Virus record (IMG/VR): IMGVR_UViG_3300026549_002476
DNA length: 56,408 nucleotides
Direction: 5' to 3' (one strand)
Source of the DNA: a virus
Lineage: Duplodnaviria; Heunggongvirae; Uroviricota; Caudoviricetes
Part shown: positions 18,228-27,261 of the stretch, piece by piece
How the letters are laid out: the number at the start of each line of letters is the position of its first letter
How positions within the stretch are numbered: position 1 is the first letter of the stretch
Notes under the pieces: generated by a model
Told to the model about the DNA's origin: nothing
The model's input: the letters and a program-made list of their open reading frames with translations, nothing else
Database searches by the model: none
Position numbers and translations under genes: made by a program

Positions 18228-19014
18228 CTTTAGCGTTGAATGCGTAAAGATTCTATATGACGAATACAACGGCAATTATGTTTATAAGCTGAGAAATGAA
18301 GAATCAAAAACAGCTCGTATGTCAGCTGACTATTTAAAAAGAGGCATTAAAAGAAACCTAATAGAAGTAACTAATCTGACTTTTGATAAGGATGATAACC
18401 TTATATTTAAATTTTTTGCTGATAAAAGGAATAGTTTTGAACGATCCATTACTAATTCCAAAACAGTAATTACAAGGGATTTGGTACGAAGTATGGATTG
18501 TGAAAAGGCATTAAGATTTGAGGTATACAAAGATAATTATATTTACACATGCATAAACAAAGCTAAATTCCTTGGCATAGATGCAATAGAGATTGAGGAT
18601 GACAAGAGATATAAAATATATGCATTAGATAAACCGAATGAAATACTGGTCATATCGAATAAAGAGCTTATAGTGCCAAATAAAGCAGATTATTTATTTT
18701 CAGAATCTCGCTTTGCAAGTATAGATTTAAGAAATACAGACATGACTGAGATAATGTCTACATATTGTATGTTTCAAAACAGTAAAGCTAAAAATATAAA
18801 CTTAAGCACTTTTGATGGGCATAATTTACTAGATGCTCAGAGAATGTTTTTAAATTCAGAAGCAGAGTTTATAGATTTAAGCAGTTTTAATATAAATAGA
18901 ATATCTAAAATACTGATATTAGACGGGCCATGTGAAGAAGGGATATACTATAATTGTGATGCTAAAGTCAAGTTAAAAGATAGAGTAGCACAGTTTAATG
19001 ATTTAAGAAATTAA
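18220..19014 (+). CDS. Recurrent N-terminal domain fused to BspA/DUF285-like leucine-rich repeats
   Basis: N-region ends IKRNLIEVTNLTFDKDDNLI. C-region ADYLFSES...IDLRN.D...MF.NS.AK.INLSTFD...MF.NSEAEFIDLSSF. Confidence 0.65.
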   Translation: MDNFSVECVKILYDEYNGNYVYKLRNEESKTARMSADYLKRGIKRNLIEVTNLTFDKDDNLIFKFFADKRNSFERSITNSKTVITRDLVRSMDCEKALRFEVYKDNYIYTCINKAKFLGIDAIEIEDDKRYKIYALDKPNEILVISNKELIVPNKADYLFSESRFASIDLRNTDMTEIMSTYCMFQNSKAKNINLSTFDGHNLLDAQRMFLNSEAEFIDLSSFNINRISKILILDGPCEEGIYYNCDAKVKLKDRVAQFNDLRN

Positions 19015-19021
19015 TTATTAC

Positions 19022-19059
19022 AAGAGCTAACATTAAAATTAGTGTTAGCTCTTATTTTT
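19022..19059 (+). terminator. Intrinsic terminator
   Basis: AAGAGCTAACA / TGTTAGCTCTT followed by ATTTTT. Confidence 0.75.
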
Positions 19060-19370
19060 GCTATATAGCATTAGAGTAATAATCAATAAATTTTATAAAA
19101 ATTTTAGAGTATAAAAACTCCGTATATGTGTTGAACAGTGTATATTAAAGGGTGAATAAAAATATAAGCTAAAGTGATTTAAAATCTAGTATACAATAAT
19201 AAAATTTAATTATGCTCTATATATTTCTCAGCTTAATTTTGATTTGTATATATTTAGTTAATTTATCATTGATGCTAAAAGATGCTGTACTTATAGTGAA
19301 AATTGAAATTACTTAGGGTAAAAATTAGGTATACATATTAATTTGAGATATACATAAGGAAAGAGCTATA

Positions 19371-19649
19371 ATGAGCTTTGCAAAACCAACATTTAAACAA
19401 GATATATTAACAGATATATTTGGATCATCATTAGGTAATGATAAATCTACCACATTCACTCCACAAAAGACAGTGAGTGACATGGTTGATCTAATTCTTC
19501 CATGGAATGCAGACCATGAATGTTTTAGGTCTACTGATCAAACATTTAGTGAAAAATTAAATAATGGTGGGAGTGTCAAGCAGTACAACACATTAAAATA
19601 CCAAAAATATATAATTAGTTGTAATTTAGATTTAATTATTTTTATATAA
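19371..19649 (+). pseudogene. Truncated fragment of an Eco57I/type IIG-like methyltransferase N-terminal region
   Basis: FTPQKTVSDMVDLI......F....TF resembles the 'FTP..V..M.D.L...TF.(D/E)P..G.G' segment, then diverges before motif I and ends at 92 aa. Confidence 0.5.
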
Positions 19650-19663
19650 ACAGAGGTAATTAT

Positions 19664-19969
19664 ATGAGAACATCTGAATTAATAAGTAAACTTAAAGAAG
19701 CTGAATGTAATAATAAGGAAGCACATATAGTTGCATACAAAGACAAAACATGGGAAATTACTGTTGAACGGCATCCATATGGTATGATTCGTATGTGGGT
19801 TTCCTATGAATATTCCAGTGGTGCATATAATGCCAGTTTGGTTACTTATGTGAAAGATCCGAATACAAAAGCAGTTAAATTGTTTACTGACTTTGTATTA
19901 AAGAAAGCAGTTAAAGATAGAGCAATCGAGATATGGCGTGCAATAGATAAAGCTGGTTTAATCAGATAA
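19664..19969 (+). CDS. Hypothetical protein
   Basis: 101-aa ORF with GAGG RBS. No family recognised. Confidence 0.65.
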   Translation: MRTSELISKLKEAECNNKEAHIVAYKDKTWEITVERHPYGMIRMWVSYEYSSGAYNASLVTYVKDPNTKAVKLFTDFVLKKAVKDRAIEIWRAIDKAGLIR

Positions 19970-19986
19970 CAAGGGGTATAAGCTTT

Positions 19987-20625
19987 ATGAAGAGAGTACA
20001 ATGCATAGAAACTGATAAAGTTTTTGAGTCTGTTAAGCAAGCAGCTGAGACTTATGGCATATCTGAGAATTCAGTTTATAGAGCATGTAAAACTGGTGGA
20101 TATGTATTAAGCAATAAAATGCCAAAATATGTATTAGATGCTATTGGCAACTGGAATGAAAAACAACCTATAGGTCAGAGAGTGCCATTACATTTTACTT
20201 ATGGAAATGCTGGGTATGAAATGAAGGTGCCTATGAACATCAAAGTAAAGTGCATAGAGACTGGTGATGTATTCAAAAATATAGATTATGCAGCTGCTGC
20301 CATTGGTTCAACTGTTCCTAATTTGTATTGGAGCATAATATTTGGTGAGGAAGCTTGCAATTTTAAGAGTAATAATCCAATGTTTAGGAAATTAACCTTT
20401 AAGTTTATGGTTGAAGATAATTCACGTGATCCAGTTGACCTTCCAGATTGGCATTCAATACCTGGGTATGAAAGATTACTCATGAATAAAGATCATGAAA
20501 TTTATGATTCTAAAACTAGAGCATATATAAAGCCAAGATACTCAGCAAAATTAAAATGTAACGTAATAAGTTTAATGGGTGTAGAAATTCCAGTCAACAA
20601 GCTTATAAATGGGAGATCCAGATGA
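19987..20625 (+). CDS. Homing-endonuclease-related DNA-binding protein (2x NUMOD1-like + NUMOD4-like), with no nuclease motif seen
   Basis: KRVQCIETDKVFESVKQAAETYGIS and KVKCIETGDVFKNIDYAAAAIG. C-terminal WHSIPGYE.L.MN....IY...T...IKP. No HNH or GIY-YIG motif visible. Confidence 0.65.
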   Translation: MKRVQCIETDKVFESVKQAAETYGISENSVYRACKTGGYVLSNKMPKYVLDAIGNWNEKQPIGQRVPLHFTYGNAGYEMKVPMNIKVKCIETGDVFKNIDYAAAAIGSTVPNLYWSIIFGEEACNFKSNNPMFRKLTFKFMVEDNSRDPVDLPDWHSIPGYERLLMNKDHEIYDSKTRAYIKPRYSAKLKCNVISLMGVEIPVNKLINGRSR

Positions 20626-20647
20626 AATCAATTATGACTATGATAGA

Positions 20648-20697
20648 TTGATGACTAACCGCCGCACACTCATGACTTTAGTCATGTGAGGCTTCAC
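20648..20697 (+). mobile_element. 45-bp IS200/IS605-like end remnant (PATE-like scar)
   Basis: TTGAT, then GACTAACCGCCGCACACTC-ATGAC-TTTA-GTCAT-GT-GAG-GC-TTCAC. A GC-rich bulged hairpin ending in TTCAC, standing out from the AT-rich background. Confidence 0.5.
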
Positions 20698-20716
20698 AAA
20701 TAGGAGTAAATTAAAA

Positions 20717-21562
20717 ATGGAAGTTAAGATGCTAGCAATTCCAAGAACTTGTCCAGCTTGTGGACAGCCAACTACAGTATATCAAGATCCAAACAGTGGT
20801 GTTTTAACTTTATACTGTGGGAATCCAAATTGTCCAGCAAAGGGAAATAGAATTCTTGAGCATTTTGTAGCAAGAGATGCCATGAATATTGAAGGTATAA
20901 GCTCTTCTACATTAAATACATTTGTAGAAATGGGGTTCATAACTGATTTTGTATCTATCTTTCATCTTGATAGATATGCAGAGGAAATCACATATTTACC
21001 TGGATTTGGAGTAAAGTCCTATAATAATATCTTAGCAGCTGTAGATAAAGCCCGTAATGTAAAAATATCAAATTTAATATATGCATTAGGTATTCCGAAT
21101 ATTGGTTTAGCAACTGCTAAGTTAATTTGTAAATCATTTAATTATGATGTTGTAAGAATTTTAAATGCTGAATACGATGAACTTGCAGAAATACCTGGAA
21201 TTGGTGGAGTTGTAGCCAGTAATTTTGTTGAATACTTTGCTGATCCAGTTAATCAAAGAGAAGTTACAGATTTACTCAAAGAGGTAAATATTCAACCAGA
21301 GAAACAAGATGTCGATGCATCTATGAGTAGTTTGACTTTCTGTGTTACTGGAGATGTTTATATATTTCCTAATAGGCGAGCTGTCAAAGATTATATTGAA
21401 TCACATGGTGGCAAGCTGACAGGATCAGTTAGCAGAAGTACAAGTTATCTCATTACAAATGACACAACATCTGGGAGCAATAAAAATAAAGCTGCTCAGA
21501 AATATGGCATTCCAATTTTGTCAGAGCAGGATTTCATAAAGAAGTTTAACATAAAGTTCTAA
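20717..21562 (+). CDS. ligA: NAD-dependent DNA ligase, C-terminal half (C4 Zn finger + HhH + BRCT)
   Basis: Own RBS (TAGGAG 20701-20706). CPACG...YCGNPNCPAK, AMNIEGI, LPGFGVKS, ALGIPNIG, IPGIGGVVA, and BRCT TFCVTG...GGK..GSVS..TSYLI...SNKNKAAQKYGIPILSEQDF. Confidence 0.92.
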   Translation: MEVKMLAIPRTCPACGQPTTVYQDPNSGVLTLYCGNPNCPAKGNRILEHFVARDAMNIEGISSSTLNTFVEMGFITDFVSIFHLDRYAEEITYLPGFGVKSYNNILAAVDKARNVKISNLIYALGIPNIGLATAKLICKSFNYDVVRILNAEYDELAEIPGIGGVVASNFVEYFADPVNQREVTDLLKEVNIQPEKQDVDASMSSLTFCVTGDVYIFPNRRAVKDYIESHGGKLTGSVSRSTSYLITNDTTSGSNKNKAAQKYGIPILSEQDFIKKFNIKF

Positions 21563-21578
21563 AAGAATAGGAGCAATT

Positions 21579-22103
21579 ATGAACGCAGCTTATTATATAG
21601 ATGATGTAGCAGCTAATGATCTATTGAAAGCTATAATGCCAACAGTGGAAAGCAATATGTCTAATGTACAGGACTTGCTATTTGGAAATGACTTATATAA
21701 GATTTCTGTTATTGTAGCTGACGATGTTAATGGATCTTGCATAGATATGGCATTTGACTCACACTTAGAGATGTATCCTAGTACATATGGTGATTTATAC
21801 TGTGTTATGTCAATGCCAACTAATAGTGATGGTGTTGAAAAGTTGGAAATTGTGCTCCCAGCAGCGATAGCTAATAATACAATCTTAGCATATACAGTTT
21901 ATATTGAGCTACTTCGCTTTTATGGATTTTATAATAACTTCTGGTATTTGATGCTTACTAATAGAGATAGCTATGGTGTCAATAGAAATGTTGCCGCCTG
22001 CTATTTAACTACAAATGAGAACAATATTTGGAAGATTATATCTAGTGAAATAGTCATACCAGATAGAAGTGTAGCATTTGATCCATATCATACAGGCAAG
22101 TAA
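21579..22103 (+). CDS. Hypothetical protein
   Basis: 174-aa ORF with AGGAG RBS. Confidence 0.65.
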   Translation: MNAAYYIDDVAANDLLKAIMPTVESNMSNVQDLLFGNDLYKISVIVADDVNGSCIDMAFDSHLEMYPSTYGDLYCVMSMPTNSDGVEKLEIVLPAAIANNTILAYTVYIELLRFYGFYNNFWYLMLTNRDSYGVNRNVAACYLTTNENNIWKIISSEIVIPDRSVAFDPYHTGK

Positions 22104-22122
22104 GTTTGGAGGTGTATCAAAG

Positions 22123-22779
22123 ATGATATATGCTAGATACAGTGCCAAAACAGAAGAATTAGATAAAACATTATATTTTGTTAATAAATACATTGAAGAT
22201 GAATCTGGTGAAAGAGTTGAAGATAGTTCAACAGGTAGTATAATTTGTTATGCAAGTAAGGAACTTTTATTAAGTGATATATTCCAATTAAAGATTATTC
22301 TTGACAATTGTAAGTTAGGAATGACAATGGATTTTATTCAAGTTGATCCAGATGAAGAAAAAGAACTTATGAAGAATCATTTGAGCCAGCTTGAAAATGA
22401 AATTACAAGCACTAATAATGAAGTTGATATAGAGAATAGATTCCATGATACATTTGGTGGGATAAGTGATATAAAATATAATAATATTAAGATTGGTGAA
22501 ATTTCAATAGAAACAATGCCACAGAAAGATACTTACAGATTAATTGCTGAATTAGCTAACAAAAAAGGATATGCAGACAGAAGGGCTTGTACTATATCTC
22601 CAATGGGTATAACAGATGCATATGATGATATGATTGAACTGTTTGAAGATGCTGATCTTGAAGGAATTTCAAAGATCGCTGATGGGTATAAAGAACGCAT
22701 GAAAGAAGAAGAACTTAAAGAGAAAAAGAAGCGTGAAGAATTAAGTAGGTCAGACTTCATGAGCGAGATGGGTTTATAA
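22123..22779 (+). CDS. Hypothetical acidic protein (start revised from 22078)
   Basis: GGAGG at 22108-22112 precedes the ATG at 22123. Confidence 0.65.
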   Translation: MIYARYSAKTEELDKTLYFVNKYIEDESGERVEDSSTGSIICYASKELLLSDIFQLKIILDNCKLGMTMDFIQVDPDEEKELMKNHLSQLENEITSTNNEVDIENRFHDTFGGISDIKYNNIKIGEISIETMPQKDTYRLIAELANKKGYADRRACTISPMGITDAYDDMIELFEDADLEGISKIADGYKERMKEEELKEKKKREELSRSDFMSEMGL

Positions 22780-23068
22780 TGTTGTATACAGTTAGTAAAA
22801 ATTGCTATAACATTACACTTGTTAGCTTTTTAATTATGTTTTTACTATTTGTTGTTAATTTATTGTGAGTGTTTTCAAAATTAAAACTGATTAAAATTTT
22901 TAAGTTAGCTGTAGCAAAAATTTAGTATACTTTAATTTTCAGAAAATTTAGCCTTGTTATGAGTTTTCCGGAAAAGTTTGATAAGGGTTACATCAATAAA
23001 GAGATAAACTATATTAAATTTTTGATAGACATAAGAGTTATTCAGTTATAGAGTTTGGAGATATAGAC

Positions 23069-23884
23069 ATGTATAATTGGAGAGATAAATTTGGAAACAA
23101 CTTTGTCAACAATGAAGGTATTGGCAAGGATGCAATGATTCAGAAGAACGAAGAAACCAGAGGAGCATACCAAGCTAGCGTTAGTGGTAACTATGGCGAG
23201 TTCACTGTATCAAGTGTATTGAAAAGTTTACCAGCTAACTATACTGTAATGGACAATATACTTTTACAGACTGGAACAATGCTAAGACCTTATCATCCAG
23301 AAAAATATGGTCAATCAGTGTGGGAAGTTAAAGCTGTCAAAGGAAAACCTGGAAAGCTATATGAAGTAGTAAAGCAATCTACTCAAGTTGATCATGTAAT
23401 AGTGTCAGAGTTTGGTGTATTCGTAATAGAAACAAAGAATCATAAAGGAATGGTCTTTGGTGACGTTAATGGTAAGGTTTGGACACAAGTGCTTACAGGT
23501 TCAAAAGGGCCTAGAGCATACGGTGGTCATGATCATTACACATTTTATAATCCAGTAACACAGAATCTTGGACATATAAAGGCATTATCTGAAGCTTTAC
23601 ATTTGAATCAAGCATATATGACAGGCATGGTGGTATTTACTAATCCTGATGCATCTCTTGGGAATGTTAATTGTAATTGTTGTTATACATTGAATGGATT
23701 GTATGAAGCTATCACAAAATATAATAAAGTCGTGTTTACATGGGATAAGACATTGGATTTAGTTAATAAGCTAGATAAATTAAATTCAAATAGCTATCTT
23801 TTAGCTAAAGAGCATGAGAGGTATGTTAAGGATCTTCAGCATCATAAAGATATTGACATAATGTTGAAAAGGAAACATGAATAA
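23069..23884 (+). CDS. NERD (nuclease-related) domain protein
   Basis: G..GEF.V, NILL, TQVDHVIVSEFGVFVIETKNHKG, NPVTQN.GHI.AL. Confidence 0.85.
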   Translation: MYNWRDKFGNNFVNNEGIGKDAMIQKNEETRGAYQASVSGNYGEFTVSSVLKSLPANYTVMDNILLQTGTMLRPYHPEKYGQSVWEVKAVKGKPGKLYEVVKQSTQVDHVIVSEFGVFVIETKNHKGMVFGDVNGKVWTQVLTGSKGPRAYGGHDHYTFYNPVTQNLGHIKALSEALHLNQAYMTGMVVFTNPDASLGNVNCNCCYTLNGLYEAITKYNKVVFTWDKTLDLVNKLDKLNSNSYLLAKEHERYVKDLQHHKDIDIMLKRKHE

Positions 23885-23909
23885 TAAATATATGCAAATA
23901 GAATATATG

Positions 23910-23955
23910 TAAGAATCATCAATTTGTTATTAACTTTGATGATTCTTATTTTTTG
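23910..23955 (+). terminator. Intrinsic terminator
   Basis: TAAGAATCATCAA / TTGATGATTCTTA followed by a T7 run. Confidence 0.8.
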
Positions 23956-24053
23956 CCATAAAATTTATAATGTAGCATTTTTATAAAGAGAGTGTTTATT
24001 TTAATTGAATTTTTGTTTTGGTTATAGTGAGATTTTAGTCATCGGAGGATTTT

Positions 24054-26858
24054 TTGATGAACAATAATGATGTTAAAAATACTGGTGATATGCCAGAAAA
24101 GCCAGTAGAATATACTGATGATTCTGAATTATCTAAAGATATTGATATTGGCATGATTATGGACGAACAAAAAAGAGTTCATAACAGAAATGATGAAAGA
24201 GATGTGCATAACAGTTATGAAACATCTGGCGAAGATACAGATGAAGCTACAGATGAAACACGCGTAATAGACAAAAGAACTGATAAATCACAATCTGATG
24301 ATTTAGGTGATTATAATTATAGCACTGGGGAATATAGGCAGAGTAGAAGATCAGCTAGGATGGAAAGCAAAAGGCGTAAAAGAAAGAAGAATAAGTCTTT
24401 TATGAATAAGGTGCTTTATCATAAAGATGAGACAGCACTTCCACTTTTCATTTTTGAATTCATACTTGCATTTATTGCAGATACACTTAAGATTCTCCTT
24501 AGGTTTGCTTTGTGGATAATTGTTGTACTTGTAGTAATTTGTGTATGTGCAGGTTTGTTTGTATGGCATAAGATTGAACCAACCTATATAAAGTATAATG
24601 ACTTTGCCAATGAGATTGTAGATAACAGTACAAAAGCAGATTTCAAGCCCGAGGAAAGCTCTTATGTTTATGCATCAGACGGAAGCGTGATTGCTAAACT
24701 TCAGGGTGATGAAGATAGCATTTATATCACATATGATAACATTCCAGAATATGTAGATGATGCTTTTATTGCCATTGAGGATCAGTCTTACTGGGATAAT
24801 CCTGGAATTGACTTAAAGGGCATTATTAGAGTTGTTAGAGACTATGTTACAAGTAATGGTGACGATGTAGCTGGTGCATCTACAATTACACAGCAGCTTG
24901 CAAGAGGTGTTTATCTCACTAATGAAGTTTCAATGGAACGTAAGTTCAAGGAGATGCTTATTGCAATTAAGCTAACTAAGAAGTACACGAAAAAGCAGAT
25001 TATGGAATTTTATGTCAACAACTGCTATTTCGCGAACGGTTATTATGGAATTGAGGCTGCTGCACATGGGTACTTCAGTAAATCAGTAAGCGACCTTACA
25101 TTGAGTGAAATTGCTTATTTGTGTGCAATTCCAAACAGTCCTACATATTATGATCCTATTAAATATCCTGAACATGCTATTGAGAGAAGGAATCATATCC
25201 TTGAAAATATGGTTGACTGTGGATACATTGACAAGAGCCAGTGTTTGGAGGCTGAGAGTGAGGAGATTGCACTTAATCCTCAGAAGTACAACTTTAATAA
25301 TTATCAAACGACTTATGCAGTTAATTGTGCAGTTAAATATTTGATGAAGCTTGATGCTTTTACATTCAGATACAGTTTTTCTGATACAGATGACTATAAC
25401 AGTTATAAAGAGAACTATAATAAAGAGTATGAAGCTATGAAAGATCAGCTTTATACAGGTGGGTATAAGATTTATACTTCTCTTAATCCGGACAAGCAGA
25501 AGAGTTTACAGGACATCGTTGATAAATATTTAAGTAAGATTGACAACTCTGTGGATGAAAGTACAGGCGCTTATGAATTACAGAGTGCAGTTACAGCAAT
25601 TGATAATACTACTGGTAAAGTAATTGCAATCGTTGGTGGAAGGACTTCCGAGAATCAGAAGGACGGAGTTTATGAGTTAAACAGAGCTTATCAGTCAAAT
25701 AGACAGCCTGGTAGTACAATTAAACCATTGGTTGTTTATACACCAGCTCTGATGAATGGTTATACACCAAGTTCGATTGTTACAAACATTGATACAGATG
25801 TAGCTAAGCAGAAGGGTGTGAATGCTCAGACACTTGGTGGTGAAAAAATGACTTTGCAGAATGCTCTTACTTGGAGTAAAAATGGAGTAGCTTGGCAGAT
25901 TTTTGATAAACTTAGTCCACAATACTGTTTGTCATTCTTAGCTAATATGGATTTTGCATCAATTTGTCCAGATGACTATACAGATGCAGCAGCACTTGGT
26001 GGTTTGACTTATGGAACTACTACAGAAGAGATGGCTGGTGGTTACAACACATTAGTAAGCGGTGGTAGCTATACAGATACAACTTGTTTATTAAAGTTAA
26101 TTGATTCAGACGGAAATAATGTTTATACTGAACCAGAATCAAAGCAGGTATACACAAGTGCTTCAGCAAAAACTATTAGTGAAATGCTTACACATGTTAT
26201 CAATGAAGGAACAGCTAGGGGTCTTGGTTGGAGTAGCAAATCAAAGATGATTGCAGCTGGTAAGACTGGTACAACTAACAATAATAAAGATGGATGGTTC
26301 TGTGGATATACACCTTATTACACGGTCAGTGTTTGGGTTGGATATGATACACCGAGAAGGTTTAGTACACTACAGGGTGCAAGTTATCCTGGAGAAATTT
26401 GGAGAGATTGCATGTTGAAGCTGATTGATGGGCTTCCAGTAATTAAGAGTTTTGATGAAGTAGCTACATCAACTGAGATTATTCAGAGTGATGACACAGA
26501 GTCAGATACTAACAAATCAAAGTCAGATAGTACAGACTCAATTGATCCTGGCATTAGTGAAGATGGTAAACTTCCAGACTCAGCTTATGAGAAGTACATG
26601 CCTGGTCGTGATGATGCTGAAGTATTAAGCCCGAATTATACAGTTTATGATTATCGTAAAGATCATACAATTGCAGATAGCATTGATACTGTGATTGAGC
26701 AGATGAATGATCTTGATAAGAACGATAGTGATTATAAGTCAAAACTTGATGGTTTGTACAAGAATGGTCAGGATTTGATTAACAGCATGTATGGTGTTAC
26801 ATTAAAATCACAGAAGACAGCAGATTTGAATAATGCTTATGGAGGTTTAAGTAAATAA
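24054..26858 (+). CDS. pbp1A: Class A penicillin-binding protein (transglycosylase + transpeptidase)
   Basis: Acidic cytoplasmic N-terminus and TM helix. GT51 motifs IEDQSYW.NPG, GASTITQQLAR, RKFKE, EFYVN..YF. Transpeptidase motifs SxxK (GSTIKP), SxN (WSKN), KTG (AGKTGT). Confidence 0.92.
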   Translation: MMNNNDVKNTGDMPEKPVEYTDDSELSKDIDIGMIMDEQKRVHNRNDERDVHNSYETSGEDTDEATDETRVIDKRTDKSQSDDLGDYNYSTGEYRQSRRSARMESKRRKRKKNKSFMNKVLYHKDETALPLFIFEFILAFIADTLKILLRFALWIIVVLVVICVCAGLFVWHKIEPTYIKYNDFANEIVDNSTKADFKPEESSYVYASDGSVIAKLQGDEDSIYITYDNIPEYVDDAFIAIEDQSYWDNPGIDLKGIIRVVRDYVTSNGDDVAGASTITQQLARGVYLTNEVSMERKFKEMLIAIKLTKKYTKKQIMEFYVNNCYFANGYYGIEAAAHGYFSKSVSDLTLSEIAYLCAIPNSPTYYDPIKYPEHAIERRNHILENMVDCGYIDKSQCLEAESEEIALNPQKYNFNNYQTTYAVNCAVKYLMKLDAFTFRYSFSDTDDYNSYKENYNKEYEAMKDQLYTGGYKIYTSLNPDKQKSLQDIVDKYLSKIDNSVDESTGAYELQSAVTAIDNTTGKVIAIVGGRTSENQKDGVYELNRAYQSNRQPGSTIKPLVVYTPALMNGYTPSSIVTNIDTDVAKQKGVNAQTLGGEKMTLQNALTWSKNGVAWQIFDKLSPQYCLSFLANMDFASICPDDYTDAAALGGLTYGTTTEEMAGGYNTLVSGGSYTDTTCLLKLIDSDGNNVYTEPESKQVYTSASAKTISEMLTHVINEGTARGLGWSSKSKMIAAGKTGTTNNNKDGWFCGYTPYYTVSVWVGYDTPRRFSTLQGASYPGEIWRDCMLKLIDGLPVIKSFDEVATSTEIIQSDDTESDTNKSKSDSTDSIDPGISEDGKLPDSAYEKYMPGRDDAEVLSPNYTVYDYRKDHTIADSIDTVIEQMNDLDKNDSDYKSKLDGLYKNGQDLINSMYGVTLKSQKTADLNNAYGGLSK

Positions 26859-27142
26859 TGGCTGAGTTTTGTATTGATGCACTTGACAGAAAGCTTACAG
26901 AGGCAGGAATTCCGCATCAGGTTGCTTCATATATGGGCGGAAAGATCCTATGGTATCCGAACAGACAGCATACAATCTGCGATGGGATATGTCATAGAGG
27001 ATCTTATGGGCATGAAGCAAATCTTATTGAGATTATGGGACTGCTCACACCTGAAGAGGAGATACATGACGATGTAGTTGGATTCCTCACACCACACGAA
27101 GTGTTTGAGAGAATTAAGAAAGACTATGAATCTCGTAAGTGA
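26858..27142 (+). CDS. Small phage-type conserved hypothetical protein
   Basis: ICH.GSYGHE.NLIEIMGLL......D.V.GFLT..EV..RI. Start overlaps the PBP stop (TAATG). Confidence 0.65.
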   Translation: MAEFCIDALDRKLTEAGIPHQVASYMGGKILWYPNRQHTICDGICHRGSYGHEANLIEIMGLLTPEEEIHDDVVGFLTPHEVFERIKKDYESRK

Positions 27143-27154
27143 ACAGTAGTAGGG

Positions 27155-27193
27155 ATTGACAGGCTTTAGGTATAACAAAGCCTGTCAATTTTG
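27155..27193 (+). terminator. Intrinsic terminator
   Basis: 13-bp perfect IR ATTGACAGGCTTT / AAAGCCTGTCAAT followed by Ts. Confidence 0.75.
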
Positions 27194-27261
27194 ATTTTAA
27201 CTTATAAAGTAGCTTTATAATTTAAAAAGTAATATAAAAATTAAAATTCAGTAGGTGAAAC

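Noticed and set aside
20609-20689. Short ORF MGDPDEINYDYDRLM... resembling the LigA Ia 'EYD.L' motif
   Set aside because: Only 26 codons, a low-complexity match, no RBS, and it overlaps the IS-like scar. Likely coincidence.
17288-20717. Group I/II intron or intein joining the ligase halves
   Set aside because: No intein splice residues at the ORF ends and no RT/maturase or recognisable intron core. The interval holds several independent genes and a terminator, and LigA-C has its own RBS.
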